Shown: positions 62,926-64,000 of the stretch, in pieces
How the letters are laid out: every line of letters starts with the position of its first letter
Position numbering within the stretch: the stretch's first letter is position 1
Origin: Octopus vulgaris
Lineage: Eukaryota
Length of the DNA stretch: 64,000 nt
Direction: 5' to 3'
Assembly (NCBI GenBank): GCA_951406725.2
Contig: OX597819.1
Location: forward strand, 24,986,001 to 25,050,000
Program-made: the position numbers and the translations under genes
The notes under the pieces: generated by a model
What the model was told of the DNA's origin: nothing
What the model saw: only the letters and a program-made list of their open reading frames with translations
The model's database searches: none

Positions 62926-64000
62926 CAGTTATCAATACGAAAACTACTAATAATATTAGTAAAACATAATGGGATTTTGAAGAAGCTCTTAATTATATAT
63001 CATCATCATCATCATATATATATATATATTCTTTTATGGTTTTACTTGTTTCAGTCATTTGACAGTGGCCATGCTAGAACACTGCTTTAGTAGAATAAAT
63101 TACTCACTGGACTTATTCTTTGTAAGCCTAGTACTTATGCATGCATGTATACAAACAAACTAACAATGGGCTTCTTTCAGTTTTTGTCTACCAAATGCAC
63201 TCACAAGGCTCTGGTTGGCCTGAAGCAATAGTATATATTTTAAAAATTTGATACGTGTTTCTATCAGATTCTTTTGCTGATTCACTTTGTTTGACTAAAT
63301 AAAACTTTCCAAGGCTGTACCCATGCATGCTTGCAGTATTGTGACTGAAACAAGTAAGAGATAAAGGATGAAAAATGTGTGTGCGTGCGTGCATGTGTGT
63401 GTGTGCATGTCCTCTTGTCTTGACATTATATGATAGTTGCAAATAAGTGTTGATTGTTTCCAATTTTCTATGAAAGACACATTTAGCCATCGAGAAATAT
63501 AATTACCTGGTTTGGAAACAAGTGAGAGTTGGTAACAAGAAGGGCATCTGATCATAGAAAATCTGCTTCAAAGAATTCAGTCTGATCCATGCAAGTACGG
63601 AAATGACAGAATTTTATGTTATTAACGGCATAGAAATAAATTTTAGAAGAATTTCAACTTGGAAACTAGGTTATCAAACAGCTTAACTGCTGTTTAGTCT
63701 GTACTGATAATACTGCCTTGAGCAACAGTACCAATGTTGAAATATTGGTGTTGAAACAAGTGATTGCTTCACTTTAAAATAGCTGCAGATGTTTGTTTCT
63801 ATGCAATTTATTGGTGAGAAATACAAAGTGACTGACTGCTTCTTCTAGGTTTCATCCACAATGGCATTTAAATTTGTGTGTGTTTGTCACTGTTGACATA
63901 AAATACTCCTTATGTTGTTTAATCCCTGGTTATCTTTGTTTTAGTTAGCCAAGACCTATAATTAAAACAAAAAGATGTAGCAATCTTGATCATTTCACTT

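Overview
AT-rich eukaryotic, repeat-saturated intronic/intergenic DNA. The SINE families and very high microsatellite load resemble octopus (inferred from memory, not a search). There is no intact protein-coding gene; almost all listed ORFs are microsatellite or SINE artefacts. Supported content: several tRNA-headed or RTE-tailed SINE families, a full-length decayed mariner (54355-55637), piggyBac-type MITEs, fragments of R4/Dong, RTE, CR1-group and Penelope-like (PLE) retroelements, and decayed tRNA-iMet and 5S rRNA copies. Four signals are not shown by the ORF track. (1) About ten minimal type I hammerhead ribozyme (HHR) motifs from several unrelated short elements, mostly embedded in (TA)n, including two fold-back palindromes with hammerheads on both strands. 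(2) A PLE (46061-46738) whose GIY-YIG ORF end is followed by a tRNA-derived Pol III module, in a terminal repeat that also carries a hammerhead. (3) Two independent ultra-short RTE-tail insertions, each accompanied by an inverted duplication of its own flank. (4) Tandem pseudoknot/hairpin units with compensatory changes inside an RTE-tailed SINE. All folds and alignments were done by eye, and novelty has not been checked against databases. SINE family letters A-E are labels used only in this report.
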